From an uncultured delta proteobacterium (GTDB lineage: Bacteria > Desulfobacterota > Binatia > UBA9968), in assembly GCA_963745835.1 (NCBI GenBank), contig CAVUZH010000022.1:288001-352000 (forward strand): a stretch of DNA of 64,000 nt. The letters run 5' to 3'. The position numbers and the translations under genes were made by a program. The notes beneath the pieces are model-generated. The model was not told the DNA's origin. It ran no database searches and saw only the letters and a list, made by a program, of their open reading frames with translations. Below are positions 39,335 through 50,043 of the stretch, in pieces. How positions within the stretch are numbered: the stretch's first letter is position 1; each line of letters opens with the position of its first letter.

Positions 39335-39946
39335 ATGAGGACCGCCTTTCTCCTACTGACAATTCTTTTCGTCCTCAGCCATGCTGCTTGCAAAAGACCG
39401 ATGACCGCAATAACTGAAGTACACAAAGGCAGACAAGCTCTCATCGCCGGCAAAGCGCAGGCCGCCCTCGCTCATTTCCAACGCGCCACCGAGCTCGACC
39501 CTGACTTCTTGTATTTCAGCACGCTTCCACAATCCGCGGTCACCTATAGCGGTCGCGCTCTTTACCAGTTGGGAAGGTTTTCGGAAGCGCGCCAAGCCTT
39601 CGAGCAGGCGACGTTACGATTTGTCGACGATGCGATGGCGCGACTCTATCTTGGTATCACATTAGTGCGTCAGGACCATCGGGAACGTGGTCTTCAGGAG
39701 ACTACGGCCGGACTAAAAGCCATTTACCAATGGCTGGACTATATCGAAGCCAATTTGCCCCAGGGAATTTACTGGGATAGTAATCGAGAAGTTAGATCTG
39801 AGATCGAGCGCGTTTTGAAGCAGATCACCGATCGTCGATTGAGCATCGAGCAACTGATCGAAACCGCCGAATGGGTCGGCAATCGGCTAGAATGGGAGAT
39901 CGACGCTGCGCGACGAGACGAGCAAATGAGCCGAAATAGGGAGTAA
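39335..39946 (+). CDS. TPR-repeat (lipo)protein
   Basis: Hydrophobic leader ending AAC; ALAHFQRATELDP, GRALYQLGRFSEA, ARLYLG. Confidence 0.75.
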   Translation: MRTAFLLLTILFVLSHAACKRPMTAITEVHKGRQALIAGKAQAALAHFQRATELDPDFLYFSTLPQSAVTYSGRALYQLGRFSEARQAFEQATLRFVDDAMARLYLGITLVRQDHRERGLQETTAGLKAIYQWLDYIEANLPQGIYWDSNREVRSEIERVLKQITDRRLSIEQLIETAEWVGNRLEWEIDAARRDEQMSRNRE

Positions 39947-40152
39947 TGCGCATGAACTTCAAGCCGCTCGATGAATCCGTTGACCCGGTGGTGCGAAGAC
40001 CTCAGCTCTGTTTCAGCACCATGTGAGTTTATGATTCGCGAATGTTTTATGTTTGACGCTCCTCTGCGGCTGCCTTATTTGTTCAAACAAATTTTGACTT
40101 CGCTTGAGTGACGAACACAGAATGAATCGATCCAGAAAAGAAGCACATCCTA

Positions 40153-40278
40153 GCAGACTGCTGAAAAAGACCCGTATACTTCGTTGCCGCTCAATCGCCT
40201 CGCTGCGACGCAATGTAAGTACGCCTCCGCTCGTCGATTTTTCGCGCGCCTCGCCTCTGGATCTTTTTCAGCAGCCTC
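40153..40278 (+). mobile_element. Element family B-related copy 4 (same ends, different core)
   Basis: GCAGACTGCTGAAAAAGACCC ... GGATCTTTTTCAGCAGCCTC with CTAG on both sides. Confidence 0.75.
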
Positions 40279-40376
40279 CTAGAACAGGTCGAACCACGAT
40301 CAGGCTGCCTTGCGGGTTGCGCGCTTCAGTTTTTTCACGGCATCGGCTCATTGGCAATGCCTTGTTGCTGATCGGC

Positions 40377-41372
40377 ATGGCCGTCCGAATGCTATTCGGC
40401 GCTCAAGCCGGCGCGGCCTCTTTGCAATCGCCGCCATCTTCAATGACTCAGGCGGAAGTCATCCTCGCGCAAGCATCTCCTCGTGCGAGCCGGCCCCTGA
40501 GGGTCGCTTATCTCAGCACATCGGCGACAATGGCGTCGCTGTGGATGGCTAAAGAGATCGGCGGCTTTGCCAAAGTGGGCGTCGAAGTCGAAGTTTTGTC
40601 GATGGCGTCGAGTGTCGCCATACCGGCGCTCATCGCCAACGAAATCGATGCGGTTCAAGTCTCGGCGGCACCGGTAATTACCGCTTCCTTGCGCGGTCAC
40701 GACGTCGTCTTTGTCGCCGGACTGCTCAATACGATGATCTGGGACTTTTATGCGCGACCGGAAATAAAAAGCCCGGAACAAATCAAGGGCAAGCTGGTCG
40801 GCACCGACCGGCCGGCCACACCGGTGGCTTACGGCACCCTGGTAGCTCTCAAAAAAATGGGGCTCACGCCGAAAGACGTGCAACTGTTTCCTCTCGGCAG
40901 CAGTGCCCAGGTCGTTGCCGCTCTCCACAGCGGTCAGATTATCGGCGGCCTGGGCGCGCCTCCCGCCAGCTTTGTCCTGGAGCGTGCCGGCTTTCGTTCC
41001 ATGGTGAATTTACTGGATGTTCCCTATCAGAATGTCGGGATTGTCGTGCGGCGCAGTCGCATGGACGAGCTCGGCTCGCGCTTGGTGCCGCTCTTGCGCT
41101 CGGTGCGCGCCGGTATCGATCGATATTACAGCGACAAACCCTTCGCCATGAAGGTCATCGGCAAATACACCAAAGAAGCCGATGCCGACGTGCTCGACAA
41201 GACCTATGAGTTTTATCGGCGCGCGGGCTTCAGACGCGAGCTGGTAATTTCCGAGCCCGGTGTTCAGGGCATTCTCGATTTCCTGTCGGAAACCATCCCC
41301 GAAGCAAAGAAAGCGGCACCGGGGCAGTTTTTCGATGACCGGTTCGTGCGTCAAGTTAACAGCGCCAAATGA
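40377..41372 (+). CDS. ABC transporter substrate-binding protein (NMT1/TauA-like)
   Basis: LWMAKEIGGFAKVGVEV, IKGKLVG, FFDDRFV; the upstream ORF extension runs through the repeat element and is discounted. Confidence 0.85.
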   Translation: MAVRMLFGAQAGAASLQSPPSSMTQAEVILAQASPRASRPLRVAYLSTSATMASLWMAKEIGGFAKVGVEVEVLSMASSVAIPALIANEIDAVQVSAAPVITASLRGHDVVFVAGLLNTMIWDFYARPEIKSPEQIKGKLVGTDRPATPVAYGTLVALKKMGLTPKDVQLFPLGSSAQVVAALHSGQIIGGLGAPPASFVLERAGFRSMVNLLDVPYQNVGIVVRRSRMDELGSRLVPLLRSVRAGIDRYYSDKPFAMKVIGKYTKEADADVLDKTYEFYRRAGFRRELVISEPGVQGILDFLSETIPEAKKAAPGQFFDDRFVRQVNSAK

Positions 41373-41461
41373 TCTTGCTTGCAGTCACAGTGTGCTATTC
41401 TCAAATCGACAACAACACTCTCCGTCTCAAGCGCTAGTTACCAGCGGCTATTGGAGGTCAG

Positions 41462-42052
41462 ATGACAACTTCAACACGACTTCCGGCATTCGAAAAGTTT
41501 ATTCAGGAACTGCGCGCTGCCTGGTCCGAGTTGCCGGACATGCACGCTCGTATGAAAAAGGGCGCGAGCCTGCTGGAAGAGTTTGTCAAGGATCCTAGCG
41601 TTAAGGATGCCGCGAAATCCTGGCCTTCCACTGAAGGACGCAAGAATCTACTCTTCTACGAAGATCCGGACTTCAATTTTGCAATCAACGGTGTCGTCCG
41701 CGTCCCAGGTCGCAAAGGGAGTATCCACGATCATGCGCATGCCTGGACGGCGTACGGTATTTTGGAGGGCACTGAAAGACTCGAACGATACCGCCGCGCC
41801 GATGATCGGAGCAAAGAAGGTTATGCGAAATTGGAATTGGAAAGCGTCACCGAAGGGAATGCAGGCAAAGTAGATCTGGTTCATCCGTTCGATATCCATG
41901 CCGAACAGGGCGGCCCCACCAGATCAGTGGCTATCATCCTGCGCTCGGAACGGGTCGCCGGAAAGACCACGCAGGGAAGTTATGATCTGGAGAAGCAAAC
42001 CATCTGGCAGATAGACGGCCCGATTCAAGTGCCGTACGAGATGACCGCCTGA
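41462..42052 (+). CDS. Cysteine-dioxygenase-like cupin
   Basis: IHDHAHAWTAYG ... DIH 3-His pattern. Confidence 0.7.
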   Translation: MTTSTRLPAFEKFIQELRAAWSELPDMHARMKKGASLLEEFVKDPSVKDAAKSWPSTEGRKNLLFYEDPDFNFAINGVVRVPGRKGSIHDHAHAWTAYGILEGTERLERYRRADDRSKEGYAKLELESVTEGNAGKVDLVHPFDIHAEQGGPTRSVAIILRSERVAGKTTQGSYDLEKQTIWQIDGPIQVPYEMTA

Positions 42053-42145
42053 GCGCAAGCGCTCTGGCCGCATTCATGCCAAGCAGAGTTCTACTCTTCT
42101 CGCGCCGCCAAGCTACGAGCTTGAACGGTTCCTCTATCACCGCAC

Positions 42146-42331
42146 TCAATCACTTGTGTATTCGCGCCAGTTGATCGGCCGGCGCGGTTGGTTCTGATAA
42201 AAGTTCACGCTGTTGTTTAATACCGCGCAGCCGGAAATCAAATAGACGGACAAGAAGAGCAAGCAACCAGCTTTTCTCCTGGTAAGTTCCTGTCTGGCGA
42301 CCAGTGCAAGAACGGCAGTTGCGATTTTCAT
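42146..42331 (-). CDS. Possible small lipoprotein
   Basis: AGGAGA RBS; hydrophobic stretch ending ISGC. Confidence 0.35.
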   Translation of the reverse strand: MKIATAVLALVARQELTRRKAGCLLFLSVYLISGCAVLNNSVNFYQNQPRRPINWREYTSD

Positions 42332-42513
42332 GATTCGTCTCCTGTGGCAGTTCTGACCTCGTCTAGGTAAGGCTGCTCTAGCCGTTCAGTCGAATCAACT
42401 TCTTCACCCAGCAGGAAAACTCTGGATGCAAAGGCTGCTCGCGCAATAACCGACCGCGTGGCAAACACCGTAGGCGCGCAACCATCAAGCTGCGCCCGCA
42501 ATAAACGTTAGGC

Positions 42514-43221
42514 CTAGGTTCTTTTGGAAATGTAACTGAGCGCGCTTCGGACGTGGCGGTTGAGATCGGCTCGCAGAGCAAACACCTCTTCGACAGTACA
42601 CTGACCTCGGCGGCAGGCTAGCGCCCTCTCGATGGACTCGAGATCAAGGCCAGGAGGTCGGACCTGGTGCAGATATTCGACCGCGCGATCGTTCGAGTCC
42701 ACCCTAAGTTTGTCCCAGGTGAAAATCAGGCGCGCCGCATACAGGATTGCCCGCACATAGGGCTTGCGGTCTTTTGCTTCGAGCCGGGTTAACGCCTGGA
42801 GCTCAGGAATACGCGGCTGCCAACTTTTTTCTATGCTTTCACGCAGCGCTTGATGAACTTCAACCCGCGTCGGCCGGGGAAAGTCCGCTTTGTGATCGCC
42901 GATTATCGGAATCCCATGATCCAGCAGATCCAAACGATCGATTATCGGCAGGCGACCCCAGCTGAACGCGGGATTGCCCCAAAACACCGAGAGCTTTTTG
43001 CCTAACTCGGGGTGCAAACTCTTGGCTTGAATCACGAGCGCCGCGAAGTCCGATGGCGGCTCTTGGCAATTGAGCAGAAGACCCACATCGATGTCGCTGT
43101 AAATGGCGCTGAAGCCGCCGTGGGCGAGGCTGCCAAGTTGATAGACTTCTACCAGCGAAGACCCAAGTTCAGAGTGGAAGCGCTCGGCAACGCGCGCAAC
43201 GTATTCGCTGATTTCGTTCAT
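42514..43221 (-). CDS. Pol-beta-like nucleotidyltransferase domain protein
   Basis: YQLGSLAHGGFS..SDIDV. Confidence 0.75.
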   Translation of the reverse strand: MNEISEYVARVAERFHSELGSSLVEVYQLGSLAHGGFSAIYSDIDVGLLLNCQEPPSDFAALVIQAKSLHPELGKKLSVFWGNPAFSWGRLPIIDRLDLLDHGIPIIGDHKADFPRPTRVEVHQALRESIEKSWQPRIPELQALTRLEAKDRKPYVRAILYAARLIFTWDKLRVDSNDRAVEYLHQVRPPGLDLESIERALACRRGQCTVEEVFALRADLNRHVRSALSYISKRT

Positions 43222-43278
43222 CGAGCTTGTAAAATCGATATCTGAACGCTGCTACTTGGCCATGCTAAAACAGAGCGG

Positions 43279-45357
43279 CTACGAACCGGCTTCGAGATCC
43301 TGATCTGGAATGTTCTTTATCTCTTCTAACCAGACCGTCGCTTCGCTGTCGCTGGGCGCCCGGTAGTCGCCGCGCGGCGACAAAGACCCCCCTGAGCCGA
43401 CCTTCGGCGCATTGGGTATGCAACTCCGCTTGTACTGGCTGAGCTGAAAAAAACGCCAGGCAAAGACCGAAAGCCAGTGCTTTATTTCGCCGACGGTGTA
43501 TTGGTTGCGCTTAAGCTCCGGAACATCGGGCCAGCGGCCCTGAGCCCGATCTCTCCAGGAGCAATACGATAGAAAGGCGATTTTCGAAGGCGCGTATCCG
43601 AAGCGGAGGGTGTAATACAGAGTGAAATCCTGAAGCTCGTACGGACCAATGATGTCTTCTGTTTTCTGGGCAAACGGCTCTCCATCATTCTTGGCCGGAA
43701 TCAGCTCGGGGCTGAAGTCGGTATCGAGAATCGCCCGCAGAAGCTGGCTCGATTGTTCACCGAGCTGGTTTGTATCAGCAACCCAGCGAATCAGAAACTG
43801 CACCAGAGTTTTCGGCACACTGGCATTGATGGCGTAATGGGACATGTGATCTCCCACGCCATAGGTGCACCAGCCCAGCGCCAGCTCGCTCAGATCACTG
43901 GTGCCAAGCACCAATGCTTGATGAAGGTTGGCGAGCCGGAAAAGATGGCTGGTGCGCTCTCCCGCCTGAACGTTTTCGAAGGTAACATCGTAAACCGGTT
44001 CCCCGCTCGCATAGGGATGGCCGATATCTCGCAGCATCTGCTCGCAGCTCGGGCGAATGTCCAGTTCATGGGATTCACAACCTATGGTCGCCATCAGCGC
44101 GTTGGCGTTGTCCAAGGTATGCTGGCTGGTGGCGAAGCCGGGCATGGTATAGGCCAAAATGTTAGAACGAGGCAGTTGCAGCACATCCATCGCTCGCGCA
44201 GCGACCACGAGCGCGTGAGTTGAATCAAGCCCGCCGGAAATGCCGATAGCGATTTTGGATATTTTAGAATTCTTGAGCCGCTTGACCAATCCCTGCACCT
44301 GAATGTTGTACGCCTCATAGCAGCGGCGGTCGCGCACCGCCGGGTCGGACGGAACGTAAGGAAATCGATCAATCTTTCGGCTGCACAACAGACGCCCCGT
44401 TTTCGGCGTCTCGAGATTAAACGGAACTTTGCGAAAGCGGCGCAACTCTTCGCGGTGTAGCTGCATGCTCTGGCCGAAGGTGTTCTGACGCATGCGCTCG
44501 AGCGCCAGCCGCTCTAAATCGAGTTCCGCCAGCACCAGCTGGGAGTCGTAACGGAACCGTTCCGACTCGCCGACAAGAACGCCGCTGTCATAGACGATCG
44601 CATGGCCATCCCATGCAAGGTCAGTGGTCGATTCGCCGGTGCCTGCTGCGGTATAGAGGTAAGCGGCGATACATCGGGCCGACTGGTTGGCGACTAGGTT
44701 GTGCCGATACTCGTCCTTCGCAATCGTTATATTCGAAGCTGAAAGATTTAAGATAACAGTGGCACCGGCTAAGGCGGCATAAGAAGAAGGCGGAATCGGT
44801 ACCCAAAGATCTTCACAAATTTCCACGCAGAACGTAAAGTCGCGCTGCTTGTCGGCCTGGAAAAGCAGGTGCGATCCAAACGGAATGGCGCTGTGGTCGA
44901 AGATCTCCACTTCGGTACTGCAAGCTGCAGCCGCCGGAGCAAACTGTCGGTACTCGTAATATTCCCGATAATTGGGCAGGAACGACTTAGGAATGATGCC
45001 AAGAATCTTCCCGCGAAAGAGGACAACAGCGCAATTGAACAATAGGTGATCGACTTGCAGCGGCATGCCGACTACGGCTACGAGGTTCAAAGCCTGCGAC
45101 GCTTTCAAGATCATCCGCAGGGAATCCAACGAGCCATCCAGCAGGGCCTGCTGGTGAAACAAATCGTCGCAAGAGTAGGCCGAGAGCCCAAGTTCCGGAA
45201 ACAGCGCTAGAACCGCCTTCTCACGCTCCGCCTTTTCCAAAAGCTCAATGGTGCGGCTCCCGTTGAACGCCGGATCCGCGACTTGCACCTCCGGAATACC
45301 GACCGCGACCCGGATGAGGCCATGATTGTATAGATTGAAAAATTCGGCGTTTTCCAT
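43279..45357 (-). CDS. nadE: Glutamine-dependent NAD+ synthetase
   Basis: Nitrilase domain (FPEL, PK..LPNY.E, EICEDLW) plus GISGGLDS, ENVQAGER, KR...P..PK. Confidence 0.96.
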   Translation of the reverse strand: MENAEFFNLYNHGLIRVAVGIPEVQVADPAFNGSRTIELLEKAEREKAVLALFPELGLSAYSCDDLFHQQALLDGSLDSLRMILKASQALNLVAVVGMPLQVDHLLFNCAVVLFRGKILGIIPKSFLPNYREYYEYRQFAPAAAACSTEVEIFDHSAIPFGSHLLFQADKQRDFTFCVEICEDLWVPIPPSSYAALAGATVILNLSASNITIAKDEYRHNLVANQSARCIAAYLYTAAGTGESTTDLAWDGHAIVYDSGVLVGESERFRYDSQLVLAELDLERLALERMRQNTFGQSMQLHREELRRFRKVPFNLETPKTGRLLCSRKIDRFPYVPSDPAVRDRRCYEAYNIQVQGLVKRLKNSKISKIAIGISGGLDSTHALVVAARAMDVLQLPRSNILAYTMPGFATSQHTLDNANALMATIGCESHELDIRPSCEQMLRDIGHPYASGEPVYDVTFENVQAGERTSHLFRLANLHQALVLGTSDLSELALGWCTYGVGDHMSHYAINASVPKTLVQFLIRWVADTNQLGEQSSQLLRAILDTDFSPELIPAKNDGEPFAQKTEDIIGPYELQDFTLYYTLRFGYAPSKIAFLSYCSWRDRAQGRWPDVPELKRNQYTVGEIKHWLSVFAWRFFQLSQYKRSCIPNAPKVGSGGSLSPRGDYRAPSDSEATVWLEEIKNIPDQDLEAGS

Positions 45358-45562
45358 GGCTATATATTCTGGTGATGGAAGATGTCTGATTTTTCCTCAA
45401 TGAGCAAACGAATGGCGGAGTTGGTTTTTCCCAACCCACCAGACATCTTACGGTAAGATCATCAAGGCGGATGTGGAAGCGACCGGATTTGGCACCTGGC
45501 TTAAATATCCGCGCTGCCGACAGCAGGAGATCTGACCGGCAAATTCCGATGCACATTCTCAC

Positions 45563-46651
45563 TCAGTCACGGATATCCTGTAAAAACCATTCGGTCGGTA
45601 GCTCGCGGCCGACCTTCTTTTGCTTGGCTAATTCGACGACCTTGCCGGCGCAGGCGGCGAACTGAAGTCCTTGCGTGCCGGCATTGATGAAAAAGGTCAC
45701 TTGGTCGCTACCGGTTCGTCCAGGCGCCTTTCCGCTGCGAACATCCATAAAGTACTTGAAGTAATCGCCTTTGTAATTGTCTACTGTCGGATTGGGAATG
45801 CGACTCCGCTCTTCGGGCTGTCCGGCGATGTAGCCGACATTGCCATGCAGGCGGATCATGCCTTCGTCCATCGCTTCGATCGTGTTCTTGCCAAGCTTGA
45901 CCGACAGATCACATTTTTTGATCACCTTGGGGCCGATCTCGCAGGCGCGCACGCAAGTGATATGCGCGCCTGCTTTCAGCCACTCCGGCTCATCGAAAAC
46001 TGTTCGGGTTGAATCGGTGCAGGTGGCAACGATATCGGCGCCGCGCACGACCTTTTCCGGCGAGTCCACGGCAACCACTTCTAAATCCAATTTGCCGGTC
46101 ATCTCCCGCGCAAAGCTTTCTCGATTTGCTTTCGTCGGACTGTAGACCCTGACTGTTTTTAGTTTACGCACTTCATAAAAGGCCTCCAGGTAGCTGCGCG
46201 CCATGCCGCCTGAACCGAAGATGCCGACATCGGAGGCATCCTCGCGAGCTAAATACTTCACCCCCAGCCCGGCGCACCCGCCCACCCGCATATGCTGCAT
46301 CAAACCGTCATTGATTATCGCCAGCGGCTCGCCGTTGCGCACGCTGAAAACCATAACCAGCCCGCACCAGGTCCCCGGCTGCATGCAGTATTTTTCTTCG
46401 GTGTCGCCGTTGGGCCAGTAAACCACATCGGACTTCATCCGAATCGCGAACACGCCGATCTTCCGGCTGGCGCCTTCCATCGTTCCCCAACGCCAATAGC
46501 CGTCCGGGCGATCGCACGGCATCCAGAGATCCAAGCGCGGGCGATAAACCGCGTCGCCGATGAGCAGATCGTCGTAGGCGTCTTCCAGAGCCGCAAGACA
46601 CGCCTTCATATCGAAGAGCTTTTCCACTTCCTGGTTGTTAATGAGCAACAT
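45563..46651 (-). CDS. Ornithine cyclodeaminase/mu-crystallin family protein
   Basis: GEPLAI.ND..QHMRVG, GIFGSGGMA, ADIVATCT, G.QFAA. Confidence 0.9.
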   Translation of the reverse strand: MLLINNQEVEKLFDMKACLAALEDAYDDLLIGDAVYRPRLDLWMPCDRPDGYWRWGTMEGASRKIGVFAIRMKSDVVYWPNGDTEEKYCMQPGTWCGLVMVFSVRNGEPLAIINDGLMQHMRVGGCAGLGVKYLAREDASDVGIFGSGGMARSYLEAFYEVRKLKTVRVYSPTKANRESFAREMTGKLDLEVVAVDSPEKVVRGADIVATCTDSTRTVFDEPEWLKAGAHITCVRACEIGPKVIKKCDLSVKLGKNTIEAMDEGMIRLHGNVGYIAGQPEERSRIPNPTVDNYKGDYFKYFMDVRSGKAPGRTGSDQVTFFINAGTQGLQFAACAGKVVELAKQKKVGRELPTEWFLQDIRD

Positions 46652-46979
46652 AGCGTCCTCCTGCTGGTTGCTTATATCAATGCCAGACATTTGAAAAGAC
46701 GAAGCCGGAATTGATCAATCACAAAGAACGCGAGGCAGAGAAAGCGATTGCACTTGACTGGCATGAACGGTGAAGCTGATCACCAACGAAAATATTTCCA
46801 AATACTTCCTTAGCACAAAGTTCCAAATACTTCTTAGGGAGGATTGACGCGGGCTCACCGGAAGGTTAAAGATTACTAGTTAGTCTCTGAGTGAGATTCG
46901 GCGGTGCTCGGCTTCGGCAAAACCATAGTTGAGAGCGACCTAAAAAGCTCTCGTAACCGTTTTTGAGGAGGGAAGACCG

Positions 46980-47643
46980 ATGACGTTAAGACGATTCAGA
47001 GGACTTTTTTTGGACACAACTCGCGACTCCTTCAACGCCGCTGAGAACAATGCCGATTATTATGGCCGCCGCAATAATGTTTGCCGGAATAGCAGCGGCC
47101 CAAAACTCCGACAATGATGCCCTAAAAAGACAACCTTTTTTTTCAGCCAAGCTCTCCGGGTTCAACGAGGTTATTTTCGTTGCCGGAAGCAGGGCCGCCG
47201 TGGTACCACCTGCGCTCCGCGGTGCAATTTCAACTCCTGCCAAGGGGCGGTTCACCGCTATCCTCGATGACCCTGCGGACATGATTCAATACGAGCTTAG
47301 CTATGAGGGGCTTAGAGCGCCAGTGACTCAGGGTCACATCCATTTCGGCCAACGCCATACCGTCGGCGGCATCATCGTCTGGCTGTGCCAGACCGTACGA
47401 ATCCGGCGCCTGCGGCTGTCGCCTCATCAACGCCAGTCTGTCCGTCGGAAGGGACTGTGACCGGAACGATTACTCCTGCCCAAGTCCTTGCCCAAGATGC
47501 ACAAGGGTTCGCGGCGGGAGACTTTGACGAGCTCGTTCGCGCCATCCGCAACAGAGCGGCTTACGCCAACGTCCACTCTGCGCTGTTCCCTCAACGGAGA
47601 AATCCGGGGTCATATCAGGGAGCGCCGCAAGAGAAACCATTAG
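46980..47643 (+). pseudogene. CHRD-domain exported protein with up to three frameshifts
   Basis: LSGFNEV, VTQGHIHFG, WLCQT | AYANVHS..FP | NGEIRGHI lie in successive frames. Confidence 0.75.
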
Positions 47644-47675
47644 CTATGCGATTGTTAAATAAGCCGATGCCGCAT

Positions 47676-47700
47676 GAAAAGCCCCGCACACGGGGCTTTC
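47676..47700. terminator. Hairpin terminator
   Basis: GAAAAGCCCCG-caca-CGGGGCTTTC. Confidence 0.65.
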
Positions 47701-47890
47701 GATTAGAGCCTCGCAGACGCTGCGCCAACGGGGCATCTTCAGACATTTTGCTGGGAAATCCGCCAGCTGGGTAGTACTCGGATGATCCTAAGGGAGTTTG
47801 AGCTTCGACGACAGAACGGTCAATGAATTGAAGGGTACGGCATTGAGAATCTCTAGTGACGATAGCGAGCCGAAAGGAAAAACTACTCGA

Positions 47891-48265
47891 ATGGTGATCC
47901 GTATCGCATCGGCCGTTCTGACATTGGCTGGGCTGCTCGCTTTGATCTCGGGAGTGCTGTTCTGGACCGGGACCGCTCTGAATCTCATGGCTTTGCACAT
48001 GCTGCTCGGCTTCTTGGCCGTAGGCGCGCTCTGGGTAATTGGAGTCGCGCAGGCCTTTGCTCCGCGCGGAAGTTGGGTTATCGCAGCCTGCGCGTTGATC
48101 GTTGGGGCGGTCATGATCGTCATCGGCATGATGCAGTCATCGCTTTTACCCGGAGAGTTTCACTGGATCATTCAAATCATCCACTTGGCGCTCGGACTTT
48201 TGACGATCGGCATAGGCCACATGGCCACTGCTAGAAGTCATCGTGATCGTGTCCGTGAAACGTGA
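47891..48265 (+). CDS. Hypothetical four-helix membrane protein
   Basis: Four hydrophobic segments with His in LHMLLG and IHLALG. Confidence 0.65.
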   Translation: MVIRIASAVLTLAGLLALISGVLFWTGTALNLMALHMLLGFLAVGALWVIGVAQAFAPRGSWVIAACALIVGAVMIVIGMMQSSLLPGEFHWIIQIIHLALGLLTIGIGHMATARSHRDRVRET

Positions 48266-48306
48266 CCGGCACGAACACGTTAACACGAACACGCGTTTCT
48301 CTTCCG

Positions 48307-48978
48307 CTAGATCGGCCACTGCTCCAATCGATACGCCTGCTCCCAGAACATAAACTCATATCGGCTGCTGAGGATGAAATGATCGAGGAGAAGCTTTTTT
48401 TCTCCAGGTTTTGCCGCGCCGCCCAGTGCGTCCATCAGTTGAATTTGCTCCCGTACGGGCTTCCAAAAATCTTCGGAAGCATAGGTTTCGATCCACTCCC
48501 GGTAAATCTTTGGCTTGCTCGGCGCTCCCTTTTGTAGGCGGCGGCCGGCTTCACCATAGATCCAGTAGCAGGGAAGAACAGCCGCGACGATCTCGCTGAG
48601 ACTGCCGCTACGCGCGACCGACTGTAGATGACCGATATATGCTTGCGTGATTGGCCCCTTGCGCACCCTGTCCAACTGTTCGCCCGATAGGCCGAGCGTT
48701 TTGCCGAAACTCGCGTGAAAACTGCGCTCAACTTCGACCGCCCCCAATGCATGGCGGGCAAACAACTCGAGCGTTTCGAGGTCAGGCGACTTGGCCGCGC
48801 CTTGGCAAAGAACTTGAGCGAAGTCGAGCAGGTAAACGTAATCCTGAAGGATGAAATAGGTGAACCGATCCATCGGCAAGGTTCCGGCGTGCAATTCACG
48901 CAGAAACGAGTGACGCTCAATCGCTTGCCATATTCGCTGGCTGCGATGTCTTAATACCGCGCTGAATTTTTCTGCCAT
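48307..48978 (-). CDS. tenA: Thiaminase II
   Basis: F..ELHAGTL..F..FILQDY.YL, LPCYWIY, Y.EWIETY, E.MFW. Confidence 0.93.
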   Translation of the reverse strand: MAEKFSAVLRHRSQRIWQAIERHSFLRELHAGTLPMDRFTYFILQDYVYLLDFAQVLCQGAAKSPDLETLELFARHALGAVEVERSFHASFGKTLGLSGEQLDRVRKGPITQAYIGHLQSVARSGSLSEIVAAVLPCYWIYGEAGRRLQKGAPSKPKIYREWIETYASEDFWKPVREQIQLMDALGGAAKPGEKKLLLDHFILSSRYEFMFWEQAYRLEQWPI

Positions 48979-49125
48979 GGGCCAGGGTTAGCGGAAAACT
49001 GTTTGCAAGAAAAGAGGCGAAGTCTTTCGCTCAAACCGATAACATCGCTGACCCCATTGCTCGCTAACCGGCTAATCAAGTGTATGGCTGCGGCCCGCTG
49101 TGAGAGAGCGTATTTGCCGCGAATT

Positions 49126-50043
49126 TTATTTTTTTGATTGAGTTGCTTCGGCACTTGCGGCGCTTCTAAACGCGTTGAGAATGGTCTTGCTGATCGCTTC
49201 TGCTGACTTGTCAGTAGTATTCACAACCAAATCGGCTTGAGCGTAATGAGGCGTTCTGCGATCCAGAATGGCCTTCAGCTGCTTGCGGACATCGGGATGC
49301 GCGCTCAGGCGCCTTCTGTCTTTTCCCGTCTGAACGCGGTCGATCAACGTTTCGGGGGCGGCCTGAAGCCAGACCACAAAAGTATGCAGCTTCAGGCGAA
49401 GCAGGCTGTTTGGGTTCATCACCAGTCCGCCGCCGGCTGCGATCACCCCTGGGGTTTTCTTCAGTATTCGCTCGAGGATCCTTTCCTCGACCGCGCGGTA
49501 ATAATTCTCCCCTTCCAAATCGAAAATCTCGGGGAGCGAAAGTCCTGTGTCTTTAACGATCAGCGCATCCAATTCGTAAAACGGCACTTTGAGGCGCCGC
49601 GCCAGGATATTGCCGACCGTAGTTTTTCCGGCGCCGCGCATTCCGATGAGCGAGATATGGGGGCCCTCTGAGCCGTCCAGATAGGACGACAAACAGCTCA
49701 GGATTCGAGAGATTTGCTCATCCGGCCGGTTTTTTAAAAGCGCCATAACCTGCTTCACAGACGTGCTTGAATCCTGCGTGTTAGCTTGATTATCACTGGG
49801 CAGAAGATCCGTCAGCGAAGTCTGCAGGGCATCGGCTAGGTTAATCACGCTCGCCAATGACGGATTGGCGTTGCCTTTTTCGACCTCGATAAGGAAGCGA
49901 TCGCTCAACCCGGAGAGCTGCGCCACCCGTTTGAGAGTTATACCCCGTCGTTGGCGCAACTTCCGGACCTCCTGGCCCAGCTTTGCCAAGTAAAGCCGGC
50001 TAGGATCAGCGGTATTTGATTCGCCGGCGCTTCGTTTTGCCAT
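49126..50043 (-). CDS. XRE-HTH/shikimate-kinase-like regulator (BzdR/BoxR family)
   Basis: N-terminal HTH (LSGLSDRFLIEVEKG.ANPS) fused to LIGMRGAGKTTVG kinase-like domain. Confidence 0.88.
   Translation of the reverse strand: MAKRSAGESNTADPSRLYLAKLGQEVRKLRQRRGITLKRVAQLSGLSDRFLIEVEKGNANPSLASVINLADALQTSLTDLLPSDNQANTQDSSTSVKQVMALLKNRPDEQISRILSCLSSYLDGSEGPHISLIGMRGAGKTTVGNILARRLKVPFYELDALIVKDTGLSLPEIFDLEGENYYRAVEERILERILKKTPGVIAAGGGLVMNPNSLLRLKLHTFVVWLQAAPETLIDRVQTGKDRRRLSAHPDVRKQLKAILDRRTPHYAQADLVVNTTDKSAEAISKTILNAFRSAASAEATQSKK

Noticed and set aside
40104-40376. N-terminal extension of the binding-protein ORF
   Set aside because: It reads through a family B repeat; a later ATG before the signal-like segment is more plausible.
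42514-43221. Aminoglycoside resistance or CBASS nucleotidyltransferase
   Set aside because: Only the generic GS..DxD motif is visible; no effector, HEPN partner or mobile context.
48979-49125. TPP riboswitch upstream of tenA
   Set aside because: No CTGAGA / ACCTG core on the coding strand.
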